The translations under genes were made by a program, and so were the position numbers. Shown here in pieces: positions 60,088 to 64,000 of a stretch of 64,000 nucleotides of DNA; positions within the stretch are counted from its first letter, which is position 1; each line of letters begins with the position of its first letter. Source of the DNA: Vitrella brassicaformis CCMP3155. Taxonomy: Eukaryota > Protista > Chromerida. The notes under the pieces are model-generated. The model was not told the origin of the DNA and ran no database searches. It was given only the letters and a program-made list of their open reading frames with translations. The DNA is taken from NCBI GenBank assembly GCA_001179505.1, contig CDMY01000376.1, forward strand, positions 1 through 64,000, in the 5' to 3' direction.

Positions 60088-62831
60088 ATGGATGTCAGGT
60101 GGGTTTCATTGTTGTCGGCGTCACCCTTGCCCTCGTCAGTGCACTGGTGCTGGTCAGCTCCTGCATCTACCTTGCACGGGCAGGGACGTCTGTTCGACGG
60201 CAATCTCCGACAGAACTTGAAGGGAACATGGGGGCATGGTGGGGGTCGCGTCTCAACACGGCAGGCTTGAGTTGAGGGATGATGGAGAAGAGTGTGCAGC
60301 AGATGCAGGAGGCCACCAACCGCCTACTTGAAGCCACGTAAGAGCATCCGGCGTTGCTCATGTGTCCGCCATTCATTCCCACCCGTCGATGTGCAGTCCC
60401 GAGTTGGCTCAGCCCGACAGGGGCAGTCGCCACACGACCAAGAAAGACACTCTCATCCAGCCGCCGGAGACCAAGAGGGACAAAAAGTCCGCACGGGTGC
60501 GCGGAGGACCAGAAAGAGATGAGAATCTCCATTCAATCGCGCGTGTAAGTGTGTGGCTGGCTGCAGAGTTCGTATGACGAGGCGGGTGGAGCACCGAGTG
60601 GTGGCGGTGGTGGTGGCGGTCCCTCGTCTGCCATGGCAGAGCTGCGGCGGCGGAACCAGGAGCTCGCCGATCAGGTCAAAGAGCTCGAGCAGCAACTCAA
60701 GTACAGAACGGTACCAGCGCACGGACGACACGACACATGGCCGGAATGCATCGTTTCATGTGTGTCGGTCGGTCTGGCTGGCTGGCTGTCTGGCCTGCCG
60801 TTCATCAGAGCACTTACATCGAGCAGGAGGCGCGTTTCAAGGAGCAGATAGGCCTGCTTGAGAAGCAGTTGCAGCACAGAACAGACGACGACTACCACAA
60901 GAGAATGCAGGTAGGTGTGCATTCGTGGACGTCGCCGGCCTTTCCATGCGGTGTGTGTTATTCCCTCAGAGCATCAGGGGCCTGCATGAGGACACTCTGC
61001 ACGGGCTGGAGCTCATCCAGGGCAACACAGCCAGAATACTGCAGGGTAGGGTGGAGGAAGAGGGAGGGAGGGAGGGAGGGAGGAACACACGGTCGCCGTC
61101 GCTCTCCTGGTCGACATATGTGTCATGTGTGTGGCGTGCAGACCAGGAGAAGGACCTCATGAGGGCGTTCAGAGCCAGGTGGGTGGGCGGGCGGGTCAGC
61201 AGCGGCGACTCTCAACAGGGTGGAGACACACACACACACACACACACCCCACGGCGCTCGATGTCTCTGTCTTCTTTCTGCAGGATCCAAGACCTCAACA
61301 AAGAGCTCAAGACAAAAGAAAACATGGTAGCCATACGCCACACACACAACATTTTGACGTCCAGCCCGCCCCTCTCTCTCCCCTCCACTCCCCTCCCTCT
61401 GTCTCCATCGATCTGCAGAAGGGGGACTATTCGGCGGAGCTGCAGGCGCGCCATCGTCGTGTGTTGCATGAGCTGCACGCCGCCCAGGAGCTGGCGCAGA
61501 TCTTTGACAAGAAGAACCGGTCGTTGCAGGGCGACAACCAGCGGCTGCAGGAGCGGCTAAGGACCAGGGAGGACGACCGGCAGGCCGTCATGAAGGAGCT
61601 CGTGGCCGCCAGACGGGAGAACAAGAGACTGAACAATGAAGGTGCGGGCCCGGTGCGGAGAGAGTTGCTGGCTGGCTGTGTCTCCCTTTCTGTCTCTCTC
61701 TCTCTCTCTCTGTGTCACATATCTGTGTGTGGCTGTCCATCGTCACTGTCTGTTGTGTCAGTTGAGGAGCTGACGGACGCTCGACTCAGAGAGCAAAAGG
61801 GTCGGTCAGTGACTGCCTGCCTGCCCACCCAGAAAAAACGCTAGATCGGATTGAGTGGTGCACTGCACTGCATCCATATTCTTGTATGTACACAGCGGGC
61901 AGCCAGATGGAGGCGACGGCGTCCTCAGCGCCCCAGCGTGATGGCCAGGAGGGAATGAAGCCGCCGCATGGCATCGACTACAACGCCAACCGGATCTACG
62001 AGCGCGACCTGCAGCGCAGAGAGGTAGGTGCCCCCGCGTATCTAACGACACATATATGCTCAGGCAGTGGGTGAGTGATCTTACTCTTTTTGTCTTCCCA
62101 ACGAGCTCTGATGCAGGAAGTGCAGCGTCTCAGGAGGTCAGACAGACGGGACGGTCCGTCTGTGGACACTTGACAGACAGACATTGATGCGCGTGTGTGT
62201 GTGTGTGTTTACGTATGTTGTTATGAGTGCAGGGCTTTAGAGGCAGAGAGGCGGGCCAACGCGGGTCTGCAGCGCCAGCTCAACAACTTCCTCGCCTCAC
62301 GCTCAGAGTGCGAAATACTTCTCAGAGGCGCACTCGACGACGTCAAGCACGAGGTCCGAGGATGGATACAAGAGACACACGTCTTTGCGGCGTTGGGTGC
62401 GCGTGTGTTTATGTGGGTAATGCAGATCCGTCGTCGTCGTGCGGCAGCAGCGCAGGAGGGCGACCGGCGGACCCCCGTGCCGCCGACGGAGGAGGTGCCA
62501 GTGCAGGAATTCTCAGTCGCAGACAGAGAACGGGTCAGTCAGGCAGGGATGGAGGGACACAGACTGTTGGGAAGAGAAACTATGTTTGTGTATGTGCGAG
62601 TCAGGTCATCGAGTTGCTCTTATCGCAAGAGAGGTCAGCAAGCAGCCTCACACCAAGGGGACACACGACGGAGACACACATGATCACATGATGAACGCAC
62701 ACACAGCGATTTGGTGTTCTCGTGTTTTGTGTGTGTCATCACCGTGTGTTCTGTATGGCTGCAGGGTGGTGCAGTGTCTGTACGAGCGCACCTTCCCCGA
62801 CGTCCAGCAGACGACGCCGCCGGCAGACTGA
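60088..62831 (+). CDS. Hypothetical coiled-coil protein (possibly flagellar/basal-body associated); start uncertain; multi-exon
   Basis: Many short heptad-rich exons (ELRRRNQELADQVKELEQQL, LQGDNQRLQERLR, SECEILLRGALDDVKHE); C-terminal DRER|VIELLLSQER|VVQCLYERTFP motif. The functional guess is weak. Confidence 0.65.
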
Positions 62832-63406
62832 CAGACCTGTCTGTCTACATGTACGTGTGCCCGTCTGGTCTGTCCCCGGGAGGACAATGGATGTCTGCTA
62901 ACGTGTGTGTGTGGTGTGTTTTTCCTTTCTGCTCGGTCGGAGTCCGGAGTTGGTGCGTCTCTCGAGAACGGAACGCCTCTTCCGTCTGAGCGTATCAATC
63001 CATTCAATGGACGGCGGCGAGCACACACGAATCACAGGCCTCTTCGATCGACAAACATCCATCCATCCGTCCATCCATGCATCCAGCAGACATGCAGGCG
63101 CTCACTGACTGATAAGTACCCAGACAAATCACCCCACCGACCCCACCCACCATTTGGTCGTTGGTTCGCTTCTAGAGTATCTACATCAACCAATCAATGA
63201 GTCCATGTGTGGATGCACAACCAACCCACAATTGAGGCAACGAATGGGGCCCGGCTAACCAACCAGTCAACACACACGTCACGGACGGCTTCTCACCCTA
63301 GTGCGTATGACAGGCAGACAGACAGGCAGACAGACAGACAGGCAGACAGGCAATGCATCGTGTGTATCCACACCCGCCATCCATCCATGTGGTTGTGCTG
63401 CGCCAG

Positions 63407-64000
63407 TCAAAAATTGGGCACGAGTCCCCTGTCGCTCCCCGCCTTCTTGATGCCCGCCGACGCCTTCCCATCTCCCGCCTTGGCCTTGGCCGGCGGCTCC
63501 TGGTGCACCACACCCACGTTGTGGTGACCGCCTGAACCATCACCTCCCTCACCACCTACACCACCACCACCACCACTCTCCTCTGACGCACCCCCGCCAC
63601 CCTTGCCCAGGTGGATCCCCGCTACGTGTCCAGCAGCTGCCGGCTCCTGCTGCTGCGCCTCGAGCGCACTCAGCCCCTTGCTGACTCGGTGGTGTGGGTG
63701 CGTCAGGTTGGATGGGGACACAACTCCCGCCTCTGCTGCTGCTGCTGCTGCCTGGGAAAGGGGCGTCAATGTCTGGTTGGTCGCCGTCACGGGTGGTGCG
63801 GCAGCTGGACCACCAGAGAGGTCGGTGCCACCCGTACCAGCCCTGGACGCCTCTGCCGCCTTCTGAGATTGGACCAGCTCCCTCAAGAGCGCCTCATGCT
63901 GCAGGATCTTGTGTTCGAGCGACGCGACGGTGTCCTTGAGCCCCTGCAGTTGGATCTGCAGGGGGCGGTCCAGCGGGCCACCCTGCACCACCATGTGCTG
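63407..64000 (-). CDS. 3' end of a gene extending beyond the window (short coiled coil plus G/A-rich tail)
   Basis: Open frame from the window edge: LQIQLQGLKDTVASLEHKILQHEALLRELVQSQK...GLVPNF*. Confidence 0.55.
   Translation of the reverse strand, partial: QHMVVQGGPLDRPLQIQLQGLKDTVASLEHKILQHEALLRELVQSQKAAEASRAGTGGTDLSGGPAAAPPVTATNQTLTPLSQAAAAAAEAGVVSPSNLTHPHHRVSKGLSALEAQQQEPAAAGHVAGIHLGKGGGGASEESGGGGGVGGEGGDGSGGHHNVGVVHQEPPAKAKAGDGKASAGIKKAGSDRGLVPNF

Noticed and set aside
62688-62762. C-box-like ATGATGA in an intron (possible snoRNA)
   Set aside because: No matching terminal CTGA D box or terminal stem seen.
1-64000. CRISPR array, rRNA, tRNA, transposase/RT, repeated introner-like introns, trans-spliced leader
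   Set aside because: No regularly spaced repeat-spacer array, RNA-gene hallmark, TE protein motif, terminal inverted repeat pair or near-identical intron family was seen by eye. A computational scan (tRNAscan, Infernal, RepeatModeler) could still find weak cases.

Overview
Left end of a eukaryotic chromosome. It opens with (CCCTAAA)n telomere repeats at 1-117, followed by a GC-rich, gene-dense, intron-rich region whose short GT-AG introns are full of (CA/GT), (GA/CT), (GACA) and (GATG) microsatellites. This style suggests a chromerid alveolate such as Vitrella brassicaformis (inference only). About 15 spliced genes were reconstructed by eye, in order: kinesin-3 (-), NTH1 (+), a PH-like hypothetical (+), a class II-like eIF4E (-), a cyclin Y-like gene (+), two head-to-head paralogous RING genes (-/+), a membrane-anchored Methyltransf_24-type enzyme (-), a small hypothetical (+), PNISR-like (-), a coiled-coil protein (+), a giant (~4000 aa) type II membrane protein of about 21 alternating LEA_2/DUF3712 (Tag1-like) modules (+), PDI (-), a second coiled-coil protein (+) and the 3' end of one more gene (-). 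There are two 300-N assembly gaps; the first is flanked by a slightly diverged 788-bp duplication. No rRNA, tRNA, CRISPR array or transposon was recognised. The best candidates for novelty are the giant modular membrane protein with a possibly duplicated symmetric exon, the atypical RING pair, the non-canonical eIF4E, and several non-coding patterns: telo-box-like elements in a divergent promoter, a shared 3'-flank motif, duplicated splice sites and self-complementary introns. Exon boundaries and some start codons are manual estimates.
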